A DNA stretch of 64,000 nt, taken from a virus. Location: positions 25,486 to 89,485 of the IMG/VR virus record IMGVR_UViG_3300022699_000224. The stretch is one strand, 5' to 3'. A program made the translations under genes and the position numbers. Position 1 is the first letter of the stretch; every line of letters begins with the position of its first letter. The notes under the pieces are model-generated. The model saw nothing but the letters and a program-made list of their open reading frames with translations. It did not search any database and had not been told where the DNA came from. This document shows, piece by piece, positions 28,753 to 40,100 of the stretch.

Positions 28753-29132
28753 TTACTTTTACTGACGGAACTACTTTTAAAGGAGAAAGTCCTAATAATT
28801 CTAAATGGAATACAATGCCAAATAAGGCTATAAAAAGATTACGATACAAAATATTAGGTCATAAAATATTATTTGAAAATTTTGAAGCATATAATCATAT
28901 AGTAGAAAGAATTGCTAATATTTCTATACCTACAGGAGAAAAGATAAGTAGAGTAATATTAATGACTAAATATAATAAAGTAGTTCGTAAATTAATTTTT
29001 GATTATATTAATAAAAAAGTTCATATAGAATTTGCTACTTGGAGTCAAGAATTTAATGGTAGGAAAGTTACAGGTTGGAAAAAAGGTATTGAATATAATA
29101 CTAATTTAAATCCTATATGGAAAGTTAACTAA
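28743..29132 (+). CDS. hypothetical protein
   Basis: AGGAGG RBS; last gene of the + strand block. Confidence 0.6.
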   Translation: MYIITFTDGTTFKGESPNNSKWNTMPNKAIKRLRYKILGHKILFENFEAYNHIVERIANISIPTGEKISRVILMTKYNKVVRKLIFDYINKKVHIEFATWSQEFNGRKVTGWKKGIEYNTNLNPIWKVN

Positions 29133-29646
29133 GATATTTGTAAGGATTATCAAAATCTATATAAAGTCTAACTTTTGTATCTGGTAAATTTTTACTATTA
29201 TGACTAGTATAAAATCCTATATTTAAAGTAACTTTCTTAATATTATCATTTTCTTCATCTTCTATATCTTCAATAAAAATAAAATCGCTTTGATAAATAT
29301 CAAAATCACTAGTATCATCTCTAACAAATGTCCTATAGTCAAAATCTTCGCCTTGATATATTAAAGCATAATTAATAAAAGGCACAAAGTTAACATTCAT
29401 TCTAGAAAATTCTATTTCCCAATTCTTATATAAAACTTGACTATTTGAATAATTTTTAAAATCGAAATAAATCCATCCAGAGTCGTATTCAAAGCCACTT
29501 TTAAATAAATGTTTTCTTACCTTAACTTTTTCTACATTATCCTTTAAACTAGTAATATCTTCTTTTTCTCGGTCAATAGAATTAGATACTTTTTTATGGT
29601 TAGACCATAATTTTTTAATTTTGTGCGGAGTATTTTTGTATTTCAT
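29125..29646 (-). CDS. putative tail-tip protein (MKY..HKIKKL paralog family)
   Basis: End of the structural operon; N-terminus shared with neighbours. Confidence 0.55.
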   Translation of the reverse strand: MKYKNTPHKIKKLWSNHKKVSNSIDREKEDITSLKDNVEKVKVRKHLFKSGFEYDSGWIYFDFKNYSNSQVLYKNWEIEFSRMNVNFVPFINYALIYQGEDFDYRTFVRDDTSDFDIYQSDFIFIEDIEDEENDNIKKVTLNIGFYTSHNSKNLPDTKVRLYIDFDNPYKYLS

Positions 29647-31108
29647 GATATTCTAAAGGATTTTTTATTTTTACGATAAATTTTAAGGATATAGGTATGC
29701 TCTCTGAAGTATATAATACCCTTTCTTTAAAAGTATGATTTTTATTTTCTGTCCAATTTGGTATAGATGGGTATACGTTAGTGTAAGTATCATTATATTC
29801 TACATATTCATATTCTTGATATATTTTTTTAGCTTTAACCGTTTTCAGTATTTTTCCATCCATTATTAATCTATACTTTGTTCTATCTTCTTCTGTTTCA
29901 GGAGATACTCTAAAAAATCTTTTTCTATTAGAACCTCCGTAACCTGATTCTATAGAAGTAGATAATATTTTTTTTACTGGATAAGGGTCAGGATTACGTT
30001 TTATAGTTACAGTTGAAATTGATACTTCTTCTGCTGGTGGAAGATAACAATTCCATTTATCAGAATCTCCTTCATCTTCACCTGTATCATACATTTCTAT
30101 TTTATATCTTAAATTAGTATCATAAAAAACCCAATAATTATTTTTTTCAAAATCAGGTAAAATTATATCAGTATCTATATCAGTATCTACATAAACAAAT
30201 CCACTAGAGTAACTTTGCCACGTATCTCCTACTTTTCTTTGCATTACACCATTTAAAACTATCTCATAATTATTACCATAAGTGCCATTATATGTAACAC
30301 CATCTTGATAGTGAGTTACATAATCATAAATAGGGTCGTCATCTTCATCATATCCTGTTAATTCATATACAGTATATTCTCTTAAAGCTCTCATATTTAT
30401 GGTAGTAGAATTCATAGAATAAATTTGTAATTTATTACCATATTCATTTCCCTCATTACCTTCATAAGTTCCATGCATGAAACATCTATAAAGTTCAGTA
30501 GGTTGCGGTGCTGGATTAGTAGTAACTGTAACAGTTACTACATCACCTTTAATTCTATATTGAGTTCCATATTTTGTAAAATATATCCAAGTCTGATTTC
30601 CATCTTCATCATAAGCAGTTCTCCAGTTATCTTTATAATGTTTTACAGTGCCATCATCAATATATTCTTGAGTAGTAATGCCATCAGGTAAACCTATTCC
30701 TTTATATATAATAGTGCCATCAGTATAAACTTCTACATAATCTTCTTCCCATCTTGACATTTCCCATTCAGGAGAAATAGCCACTGGTTTTTCTTTAGTA
30801 TCATGAGTTTTTACCAATACCGCTACATCAACAAAAGGAATTAAATTTTCTGGTAAATAAAAATCTAGATACTTTTCATATAATACTTGTTCAGGAATTA
30901 GAGTTCCTTTATCAGTAACTCTATTATAATTAGTAGAAGGGTCAAAATTTTCCCATTCTGTTTCTTTTAAAGTAACAGCAGGGGTTATTTTATCTCCTCT
31001 AAGAAAATAATTTTTTACTGTATTATCTAGATTAGTTAACTTTACTTTATTACTTTTTATCTTATCATAGATTTTTCTTATTTTATTCTTTTTTTGTTTG
31101 TATTTCAT
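29615..31108 (-). CDS. putative tail-tip/receptor-binding protein
   Basis: Acidic, Tyr/Gly-rich beta sequence; paralogous N-terminus. Confidence 0.55.
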   Translation of the reverse strand: MKYKQKKNKIRKIYDKIKSNKVKLTNLDNTVKNYFLRGDKITPAVTLKETEWENFDPSTNYNRVTDKGTLIPEQVLYEKYLDFYLPENLIPFVDVAVLVKTHDTKEKPVAISPEWEMSRWEEDYVEVYTDGTIIYKGIGLPDGITTQEYIDDGTVKHYKDNWRTAYDEDGNQTWIYFTKYGTQYRIKGDVVTVTVTTNPAPQPTELYRCFMHGTYEGNEGNEYGNKLQIYSMNSTTINMRALREYTVYELTGYDEDDDPIYDYVTHYQDGVTYNGTYGNNYEIVLNGVMQRKVGDTWQSYSSGFVYVDTDIDTDIILPDFEKNNYWVFYDTNLRYKIEMYDTGEDEGDSDKWNCYLPPAEEVSISTVTIKRNPDPYPVKKILSTSIESGYGGSNRKRFFRVSPETEEDRTKYRLIMDGKILKTVKAKKIYQEYEYVEYNDTYTNVYPSIPNWTENKNHTFKERVLYTSESIPISLKFIVKIKNPLEYHEIQKYSAQN

Positions 31109-31394
31109 AAAATGCTCTTTTATTTGTTATATATAATTTAACATCTACATACATAGGAACTGCATAATATCCAGTTGCTCGCAACCACGATTCTACATAT
31201 CCTTTCAATTTATAATGATTATCATCTACTTTTTCAAAGACATAATCAAAAGCAGAATAATAATAATTCTTATTAAAATCATCACTAGTAAATTCTTCTA
31301 AATAATAATCTTCTGTATAAAAAATAGGAACTACCTTTAAATAAGGTAATACCCATTCAGGATAACCTTCCAAGTCTTTTTCAAAATATATCAT
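31083..31394 (-). CDS. hypothetical tail protein (possible C-terminal half of a split gene)
   Basis: EKDLEGYPEWVLPYLKV resembles EKYLDFYLPENLIPFVDV in 29615..31108. Confidence 0.5.
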   Translation of the reverse strand: MIYFEKDLEGYPEWVLPYLKVVPIFYTEDYYLEEFTSDDFNKNYYYSAFDYVFEKVDDNHYKLKGYVESWLRATGYYAVPMYVDVKLYITNKRAFYEIQTKKE

Positions 31395-31582
31395 TATACA
31401 TCCACTCTGTCAAAAGAAGGTAAGACTTCTCCTGTATACAAAATAATTTCGTATCTTTTATTTACTATTGAATTAACAGGAGATACTACTTTCCAATTTT
31501 TTAAATCATTAATAGTATTTCTATTGATTTCAGTTAATCTATAAAGTTTTTTTATCTTATGACTAATATTTATATATTTCAT
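31394..31582 (-). CDS. hypothetical tail protein (possible N-terminal half of a split gene)
   Basis: MKYINISHKIKKLY resembles MKYKNTPHKIKKLW. Confidence 0.5.
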   Translation of the reverse strand: MKYINISHKIKKLYRLTEINRNTINDLKNWKVVSPVNSIVNKRYEIILYTGEVLPSFDRVDV

Positions 31583-33876
31583 TATACCACATACTCATCG
31601 TTTGCAGGGTCGTATTTTATAGCTATTTTTCTACGATAAGATGGAATAATATACGTAGGGTCATCTTCATCAGGATAATCTTCATCTAATAAATCCATTT
31701 CATAAGAAGATAATTTATTATCACATGTTAAAGTTACCTGCATTTGACTTGAACTAATATTTACCTGCTTAACTGCAACAGGAAATCCACTATTATTTTT
31801 ATATATATTATCTTGAGTAGTATTAGTAATATTAAGTCTAGTTAATAACTCTATTCCATAATATAAATATCCATCTATCATTAATTTAACATTTGCGGAA
31901 GTTACAGGTAAAATATCACCATTAATATTTTTTAGTTTCTCATATTCTACGCTTGCAACTTCTTTAGCATAATCTACATAATCATAGCCTTCATTTCTTT
32001 CTTTATATAATCCACTTTCTTCATCTACCCATCTAGATTTAGGAAAATGTTGTCCATTTTTAGAACTAATTTCTCTATATGGAGCACTTCCTAAAGTATA
32101 ATATCCTAAATCTATTTCAATGTCAGATAATTCCCTCTGCCTAAAATATCTTGCGTAATAAATATCCCACACATCTGCACTTAAACTACTCAAACTAGTT
32201 CCAACATAAATACCGCTACCGCCATAAGGAATAAAACTTGTAGGTGTATAATAATTTTCAAAAAAATGATATGCTCTAACAAACCAGAAATAAGTCCAAT
32301 TTTGTTTAGGAACAAATTCTCCTAAAGATAATTCTGTAGACACTTCATTAAAACCAAAATGATTATGCCTTATCACGTTTTCTATAGTTTTAGTGCCTAA
32401 ATCTATTTTTATACCTTTATATATTTCAGGATTTTCGTCATTAGGGTCTATAACAGGGTTATCTATAACAATATCATCTACAATAACATCATATAAATTT
32501 CTTTTAGCAGTTTTTAAAGTTAAAGGTAAATCAATAGTATTAAAATTCTTAGTATATTCATCACCTTTGGCAGAAACTTGAATTCTTTCACTAGAACCCA
32601 TAAAATTTAAACTATTTATATTACCAGAAAATACAGTTATAGATTTTATTTTTATTACTATTGTATTTTGATTAGTAATTTGATTATAATTACCATCTAC
32701 TGTATAATCTGGTTTATCATGATACCTACCAAGAATAAAAGTAGCAGTTGATTCAGTATCAATAGTATGATTAATACTTATAGATTCTAAATCTAAATCG
32801 GTTACTTCAGTTCCATCGATATATACATGAAAATCAGTTCTTGCTATAGGATTTAAAGCTATTTCATCAAAAGTATATTTAATAAAACGCAAATCGGTAT
32901 TTAATATATTCTCTTCAGTTACATTAAATCTAAAATCACTTATAATTTTATTAGCATATAAAGTATCTATTTGAGATTCTAAAGTCTTAGTTACCTGTAA
33001 ATTAAATCTGAAATCTGAATCTAATTTACTTATTTGACTTTCGTCAATAACAATAATTTCACCGTTAGAATCATTAGTTCCGCAATAAGTATAATTCCAT
33101 TCATCATAACTATCTATATTTTCTACATTATCAGTATCACCTGTATCTATTTGAGTTCTATCTGTTAAATTATTTATATTTAATTTCATAACTTGACCTT
33201 CAGAGCAACCTACATAAATTTGATTTGTAGTATCATTAATAGTTAAATCTTTAGCATTTTTAGCAGTTTCACCTGTATTATTAAAATCAAAAGTTACCCA
33301 TGAAGGAATACCTCCGCTACTTATAGTTACTTTAACTATCTTAGCAGGGTCAGAATCGCAAACTATAAATAATTCGGAGTTTCTTGCTTTTAATTTAGTA
33401 GCATATGAAACAGTTGTTTGTTCTTGAGCTATAATCTCATCAGATAAATATATATCATCAGACTTTTCTAATTCTTCTTGAGTTAAATTTAATTGAATAG
33501 TATCTGATAGATAAATTTGTTCAGAAAGATTAAGATTCTCTTGAGGGATATTTAACTCTATATTATCAGACAAATATATAGAATCTGATGATTCTTGCAC
33601 TTTATCTGTAGTTATAAATATATTATCTGATAAATAAAGATTATCTGATAATTCTTGTTTTTGTAGAGTTAAATTTAACTCTATTTCATCAGATAAATAA
33701 AGACTATCTGATAAATTAATATCTTCTTGAGGAATATTTAATAAAATACTATCAGAAATATAAATAGTATCAGAAGATTCTTGTTGAGGAGTGCTTGTAG
33801 TTATAAAATTAAAATTTCTAAAAACATCTCCAGCAGAAGAAGATATTGTATTAAATTTTCTTATATTTTCTGCCAC
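31582..33876 (-). CDS. tail tip/baseplate hub-like protein with N-terminal repeats
   Basis: Position after the tape measure gene; hub-like segment (SISINHTID..STATF..VFSGNI); SDxIYLSD repeats. Confidence 0.6.
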   Translation of the reverse strand: MAENIRKFNTISSSAGDVFRNFNFITTSTPQQESSDTIYISDSILLNIPQEDINLSDSLYLSDEIELNLTLQKQELSDNLYLSDNIFITTDKVQESSDSIYLSDNIELNIPQENLNLSEQIYLSDTIQLNLTQEELEKSDDIYLSDEIIAQEQTTVSYATKLKARNSELFIVCDSDPAKIVKVTISSGGIPSWVTFDFNNTGETAKNAKDLTINDTTNQIYVGCSEGQVMKLNINNLTDRTQIDTGDTDNVENIDSYDEWNYTYCGTNDSNGEIIVIDESQISKLDSDFRFNLQVTKTLESQIDTLYANKIISDFRFNVTEENILNTDLRFIKYTFDEIALNPIARTDFHVYIDGTEVTDLDLESISINHTIDTESTATFILGRYHDKPDYTVDGNYNQITNQNTIVIKIKSITVFSGNINSLNFMGSSERIQVSAKGDEYTKNFNTIDLPLTLKTAKRNLYDVIVDDIVIDNPVIDPNDENPEIYKGIKIDLGTKTIENVIRHNHFGFNEVSTELSLGEFVPKQNWTYFWFVRAYHFFENYYTPTSFIPYGGSGIYVGTSLSSLSADVWDIYYARYFRQRELSDIEIDLGYYTLGSAPYREISSKNGQHFPKSRWVDEESGLYKERNEGYDYVDYAKEVASVEYEKLKNINGDILPVTSANVKLMIDGYLYYGIELLTRLNITNTTQDNIYKNNSGFPVAVKQVNISSSQMQVTLTCDNKLSSYEMDLLDEDYPDEDDPTYIIPSYRRKIAIKYDPANDEYVV
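33426..33783 (-). repeat. six degenerate 20-22 aa coding repeats (SDxIYLSDxIxLN)
   Basis: SDTIYISDSILLN, SDSLYLSDEIELN, SDNLYLSDNIFIT, SDSIYLSDNIELN, SEQIYLSDTIQLN, SDDIYLSDEII. Confidence 0.85.
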
Positions 33877-33894
33877 TTGAAATCCCTCTGTCTC

Positions 33895-34920
33895 TTATGA
33901 ATTAGATTGATAAGTAACCAAAATTTTATCACTGTCTATAGAAGGTCTAAGTTCTGGAGTAACTAAAATTCCATTTGCATCAGAAGAAATTTTTAAAGGA
34001 CTATCCCATGAAGAACTATCCACATCATATTTAATTGAATAAGCTTCATCATCTGAAGGATTAGTATATACAAAATAAATATTATTACTTCCATCTACAG
34101 TAACAAAACAACTACTAGGAGTAAAACCTAAATTATAATTAGCATTATTTATTTCTATTGTAGATAAATCATTAGTTATTCTAAAAATATGTAAATAATT
34201 AGAATAAACACAACCAACAATGATTTTATTATTATGGTCGCATACTAAATTTGTAAAATCATATTCTTGATTTCCAATACCTAGAGTTTTATATGTTCCT
34301 GTTCCGAATTTTTTAACTAAATTATAACTTCCAGCTGAAATAGCCATACCATTATAAAATATGTTACCACTAGAATCTATACAATAACTATAACCTCTAT
34401 TTCCACCATGGTGAACACTACCAGTTGATTCATCTGAAAATCCTCCCGATAAATTAATAGTCTTTAAATAAACTATCTCATCATCAGTTCTACCATATCC
34501 TATTTTCAATTTAGAATTAAAGCTATCCCAACGCACTTCAATTTTACATGCTGTTGCTATACTTAAACTTTCATTATCTAAATCTTTTTGACCAATATCA
34601 GTAGAAGTATTAATAAGCCAACCCCAAATATCATCATTTTTAATTAAGGTAATATAGACTTTATCTTGTCCTTTTAAATTAACTATCTGAATACTACTCA
34701 TAGGAAAACTCATTCCACTACTAAAATCAGATTCAGTTAAAGTTTTTTTATGAGACCAAGTTGCTCCATCATCTTCACTTTTATGTATTTCTACATAATT
34801 AGAAGTATTATGAAATATAGTCCAATAATTACCATCATCATCGCTACATATCCAAGAATGAGGAGTTGATAAATCAAAAACAACTATACTAGCATCGTTA
34901 TCTATTTGATATTCTGCCAT
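33895..34920 (-). CDS. virion protein, beta-propeller/BNR-like
   Basis: Asp-box SEDDGATWS; repeated D..GNI blades. Confidence 0.6.
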   Translation of the reverse strand: MAEYQIDNDASIVVFDLSTPHSWICSDDDGNYWTIFHNTSNYVEIHKSEDDGATWSHKKTLTESDFSSGMSFPMSSIQIVNLKGQDKVYITLIKNDDIWGWLINTSTDIGQKDLDNESLSIATACKIEVRWDSFNSKLKIGYGRTDDEIVYLKTINLSGGFSDESTGSVHHGGNRGYSYCIDSSGNIFYNGMAISAGSYNLVKKFGTGTYKTLGIGNQEYDFTNLVCDHNNKIIVGCVYSNYLHIFRITNDLSTIEINNANYNLGFTPSSCFVTVDGSNNIYFVYTNPSDDEAYSIKYDVDSSSWDSPLKISSDANGILVTPELRPSIDSDKILVTYQSNS

Positions 34921-34938
34921 AATTACTCTCTCCTAAAA

Positions 34939-35397
34939 TTAACTTCTTGCTACTGTTATGGTAATTTTTACATATAAATCAGTATCACTATCTACATTTT
35001 TAGCTGAAAATGTAAACCTATCTAACATAGTAGATGCACTACCTGAACCATCAAACACACCTGCTTCAGTTATTGCGTAAGATTCACCTGAACCAAAAGT
35101 AAAAGTTTTTTCAAAAATCGCTTTATAATCTGCTTCATAAGAACCTCCTGTATCATCAGCCTGTTCTTTAGTTATTTCTGCTTCTAAAGCAGTATCACTA
35201 TTAGTAGGTGAGGTGCTACCTGTTCCTATACCTATATAACTAAAATCAGTAGACGATACACCATTAATTAATTTAGCAACTCTTTCTAATCCGTCATTAA
35301 CAATTAAATTACTACTTTCTGCTTTATCTATAACCTTTCCATTTTTATCTCTTACTTCTACTAAATAATTACCTCGAATAACTAACTTATTATCCAT
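34939..35397 (-). CDS. tail-fibre/collar N-terminal-like structural protein
   Basis: NLIV..G, YIGIGTG...DTAL..E and ITEAGVF; start placed at the ATG after AAGGAGG. Confidence 0.7.
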   Translation of the reverse strand: MDNKLVIRGNYLVEVRDKNGKVIDKAESSNLIVNDGLERVAKLINGVSSTDFSYIGIGTGSTSPTNSDTALEAEITKEQADDTGGSYEADYKAIFEKTFTFGSGESYAITEAGVFDGSGSASTMLDRFTFSAKNVDSDTDLYVKITITVARS

Positions 35398-35463
35398 GTT
35401 ATGTTTCCTCCTTAATTTTATTTTTATTTTATCTTTAATTGTAAATTTTTTTCTCATATTATT

Positions 35464-36045
35464 TTAAACTGTTATATTCCAAGAAGAAATATTCCAAATT
35501 CCTCCGCTTCCTTGATATATTTTTACTAGCTTAGAGGGATATTGATAAGTAGCAATCCAAAAATTATCATCATTGTCCTTATCAAATGTTCTTGCATAAT
35601 TAATACCTGATAAATCAATTTTTTCTACTAAATTTCTATTAGAACCATAATATCTAATAATCTTAGCATTTTCACCACTGACTTCGCCAGGTGTCAAAAT
35701 ATTTACATATATATTATCGCTAATTATAGCTTTAGGATTTTCATTTATTCCTGTAGGAATTGAAATATTGTAATTAGTGGTAAAAGGATTATTAACTGCA
35801 TATACTTTAGCTATATAAGAAGAATCTTCCACTGCACACCATAAATAATTACCAAAAATAGTCATATCTACAATATTATCTACAGATGGAGTTACTTCAA
35901 AAAAAGTTTGATTTAAATTAAATGCACTTACTTTTCTTAATACAGTTTCTCCAGATTCTCCCTTAAATGCTATCCAAAGGTAATCTCCCTGTTTAATTAT
36001 AGATTTTATTTTAGTTTTGCTAAAATTATAATTCTTAAATTGCAT
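35464..36045 (-). CDS. virion protein, beta-propeller-like
   Basis: Repeated LW.A blades; tail module. Confidence 0.55.
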   Translation of the reverse strand: MQFKNYNFSKTKIKSIIKQGDYLWIAFKGESGETVLRKVSAFNLNQTFFEVTPSVDNIVDMTIFGNYLWCAVEDSSYIAKVYAVNNPFTTNYNISIPTGINENPKAIISDNIYVNILTPGEVSGENAKIIRYYGSNRNLVEKIDLSGINYARTFDKDNDDNFWIATYQYPSKLVKIYQGSGGIWNISSWNITV

Positions 36046-36054
36046 ATTTATCCC

Positions 36055-36699
36055 TTAATTTGTTGCATATTTTATTACAAATACAGGTGTCTCTGCTCCT
36101 GCATTAGCAAAATTAGCAGGAACTATAATTTTTAATTGACAATATAATACTTTAGCTCCGCTTAATGAGCCATTTTCATTATTTAACCATAAAAAATGAC
36201 CGTCTGAACTACCAGCTAATCTTGAACCTTCTGTTGGAGAAGTTCCTAACCAATTATTGCCAGGTGCTGAATCTGTAGTAGTTAAACCCCAAATCCAACT
36301 ATTAGATGGAGTTCCTTCTCCTAAACTATAATCATTTGTAGAATCCATATCACTATCATCCCATACTTCTAATACGGGTTCTGATACAGTTGCTCCATCA
36401 AAAGAAAATGCAAATACATATTGTTTCTTTTGATTTCCTGCATTATGGATTTCTTTTAGCAGATTAGCATTTGCATCTGCAAGAAAATAGTGCGGAATAA
36501 TTTGTGCTGAATCTGTAATTACAATACCTGCTTGATTTAAATCAGAAGAACTAGGTAAAGCTTCTCCATCTTTAACGACATCTGAACCATTAGAAAAAAC
36601 TATATAATCATTATCTAAATCTATGTCTACCCAATCTACACCAGAACTTCCATATGCTAAATCTTGAGTATCGCAATTAACAGCTATAGTTAAAGTCAT
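36055..36699 (-). CDS. virion structural protein
   Basis: Acidic, Gly/Ser-rich; AGGAGGG RBS; tail module. Confidence 0.6.
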   Translation of the reverse strand: MTLTIAVNCDTQDLAYGSSGVDWVDIDLDNDYIVFSNGSDVVKDGEALPSSSDLNQAGIVITDSAQIIPHYFLADANANLLKEIHNAGNQKKQYVFAFSFDGATVSEPVLEVWDDSDMDSTNDYSLGEGTPSNSWIWGLTTTDSAPGNNWLGTSPTEGSRLAGSSDGHFLWLNNENGSLSGAKVLYCQLKIIVPANFANAGAETPVFVIKYATN

Positions 36700-36711
36700 A
36701 TTTCTCCCTCC

Positions 36712-37131
36712 TTACCAGGAATTTACTATAAATGTTACAATATATTCTTGTAAATCTGTTCTAAGACTACTAGGATATGTTATAGGATTAATTCTTTTAA
36801 CATTATATTCATAATAAGTAGAATCTGTTTTATCTACTCTTAATACATAAGGAGTATTTAATTCAATAGCACTCTCTATTGTATCTATTTTTACTGTTAT
36901 TTCTTCATATCCTTCATCTGCATTATCTATTACAAATAAACCTCTAATTTCTAAATCCCATGTATCATTACCTCCATCAACTATAATGCTACCTTTCCCT
37001 CTTTGTCCTTTAATTTCTATAGTTTTCTTTACAGTTTGAGGTAAATTTGTAGACTGCACTATTGGAAAAGTATAAACTAAATCTGTTCCGTTAGAAGCAT
37101 ATAATTTGAAATAAGGTTTGGTTAAAGCCAT
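36712..37131 (-). CDS. distal tail (Dit)-like protein
   Basis: Immediately after the tape measure gene; I.GQRG.G motif. Confidence 0.5.
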   Translation of the reverse strand: MALTKPYFKLYASNGTDLVYTFPIVQSTNLPQTVKKTIEIKGQRGKGSIIVDGGNDTWDLEIRGLFVIDNADEGYEEITVKIDTIESAIELNTPYVLRVDKTDSTYYEYNVKRINPITYPSSLRTDLQEYIVTFIVNSW

Positions 37132-37145
37132 ATTTTATAATCTCC

Positions 37146-40100
37146 TTAAAATTCCTCTATTGCATTATTAATACTTTTTCTTATATCTGAACTCTTGTCT
37201 TTAATCGCATCTCTAACTTTTTCATTTATTTTTTCTATTATTCTATCACTATCTAAATTAACTTTAAGGTCTGATTTTACACTTATAGGGATAGTAGGGG
37301 CGATTTGCGTAAATCGTGAAATAGTTTCTCTTCTGATACCTGTAGGAGTTGGTCTTTCTTCTATAGGTATTTCTCTACCTGCTCCCTCAAAAAAGAATTT
37401 AGATGCTATTGCTCCTTGTGTAAAAGTAGGAAATGCTTTACTTATTACTCTTCTTTCTCTACCTGTTAAACCTTCAAATTCAGATATACCTTGTAAAACT
37501 TCTCCTATAGCTTTAGCAGTATTAATTCCATATTTTTGTGCTAATTTATATAATTTTACACTTTCACTAGATACTGACCTTTGTTCTTCTTTTTCTGCTG
37601 TAATAGCTCTTTCTATTTCTAACAAATTCTTTAATACATCTAATTCGCTTTGTTCTGTAAATAATACACTCTCTAAATTAGCTTTTAATGATAATACTTG
37701 AGATTCTGATATACCCCTAGTTCTTAATAAAGCCAATTCTTGTTCTATTAATAAAGAAGTAAGTTCTCTTCTATAACTAGCTTCTTTCTCTATTACTTTA
37801 TTATGTGCTTTAGTTAATTGTAAAATATATTTCTCTTCAGATAAACATTTTTTCAAACCTATTAGAGTTTTTGCTCTATATCTAGCAATATCTAATTCGC
37901 TGGCTCCCCTTTCTTTCATAAGCGAAGCTATATGTCTCAAATGTTCTTTTTTTTCTTTCAGTATACGAATATTAATTTTTCCACCTGGAGCCAAATCTTT
38001 TTGTAATTCCTCTATCTTTTGTAATTCTTTCCTTTCCTCTGCTCGTTTTCTTTTAATTTCGTCTATTCTATTAGCATATTCAATAAATCCTTCAAATTCT
38101 AATAAACCCATATCTTCTGTATCTTTAGTAGCTGATTTTATTTCTTTTTTTAATTTTTTACTTGCTTCAATAGCTTGTGGTATTTTTAAAAGTAATGCGT
38201 TTCCTACTGTCTCTAAACCTAATCTTAAAGTCTTAGACCATCTAGATATTAATAATATACTATTAGAAAAATGTTGACTTAACCATCCTATAGTTTTACC
38301 AAATGTATCAATATAAGGTCTAGTAGAAACTAAAGCATTATTAATGTCTTTTAATGCACTAGCAAAATCACCTGAAGCATAAACTCCGCTAATTAAGTCA
38401 TTACCCAAAACTGCTAATATATTCCTAAATCTATTAGCTTGTGCAATAGTAGTTCCCATTCTTATTCTAGCTACTCTTTCAGAAAAACCTTCAGCGTTTT
38501 CATCAGCATTTTTTATAGCTTTTGCTAAATCCTCATAATTAGCTATAGCTAATCTTATAGCAACTGCACCTCTAGTGGCAAATACTCTTCTTAATGCTTC
38601 TGCTTGTTCTGCTGTTATTTTAGCAGATTCACCAAGAGATTCTTTAATAAGTTTTATTGTATTTAGAAAATTTATAGGCTTATCAGGGTCAAATGTTATA
38701 CCAAAAATTGATGCTAATTTGTCCGCATTTTTTGTTAATTGTAACAATGCTCTACCAGTTAATCTACCTGTTCTACCTGAACGTAATAATCTAGTATTTA
38801 AAAAACCTAATAAAGTTACAATATCTGTAAAACTATCACTAACACCTGATAAATAAGGAGCTAATTTAGTATAACCTTCTACTAATTCATCTAACTGAAC
38901 ATCTTGTGTATTTCCACACCAAAAAGACTTGCCATTTCTTCTCACAAACAAAGTGTGATATTTAGGCACTTCCACACAATAGACAAGTCCTTTGTAGTCT
39001 ATCCATTCTTCAATTGAAGTAATTTTTCTGTTTTCTTTATTAGCATAATATTCATTTTTCTTATTATACATCAAAAATTCCACTCTCTCAGAAAAACTGA
39101 CACTCCAAGAACCTCTTGATTTAGTATGGATTCCATTAATTGTTTTTTTAGTTCCTTTCCTAAAATGGCAAGTGCTTCCATAATTTGCTTTAAGTGCAAT
39201 TTCCTGGAAATCATCTTTCATTTTTTCAGAGCTTGTTATGATGCCAAAACTATCACAATTTTTACGATAATAACCATCTCCCAAAGTATAAGTATTTATA
39301 AAACACCTTAGCAAGTCTTTGGATAAACCCTTTACAAAATCAGGAATATATTTTTCATATGATTTACCAAATTGTTTGAGATAATGACAAAGCTGTTTGT
39401 TATTAATAATAAAGCCTCTCTCAAATTCAGAAACGTGAAATGGTATTTCTTCCATAACTTTGGATAATTTATTCCAATATTTTGATTTTTTGGATTGATA
39501 AATTGTTATCCTATAAGTTGGGTCATCTGCATTTTTCCATGTATAACTTCCTTCACTTAAATACCATCCTAAAAATTTAAGCCATAATTTCATTGGAATT
39601 TTTTTAGCTTTGCTTTTTCCAGTTTTATTTTCTACTCCAGGTAAAACAAAATATTCTGGATTTTCTCCAATCCAATTACTACCACGATAAAACCCTTTGG
39701 GTCTTCCAAATACTTTTTCTGCTTCTGTCAAAATGTATTTTTGGCTTTTTGGTCTATATCCTACTTTAGTATATAATTTATGTCTAGGGGTTACTTTAAT
39801 GTCAGCAAAACGCCCTTTCAAATGGCATAATTTTCCATTAAAATGCTTTACAACATATTCTATGGGTTTTTGATATTCTATTCTGTTGTTTTTAGGATTC
39901 AAAGTAGCAACTTTCTCAGTCCTATCCAAATTCTTGAAATATTTCCATCCCTTGTCCGTAAGAACTTCAGTATCTGGAGTATAACAAGCATAAGTATAAG
40001 TTAATACATCAGATATTTTCTGAAATTTTTCAGCACTTGTTAAAGTTTCATCCATATATTGACCCATAGTATTAAAAGAACCTGCAACTGCTCTTGCCAT

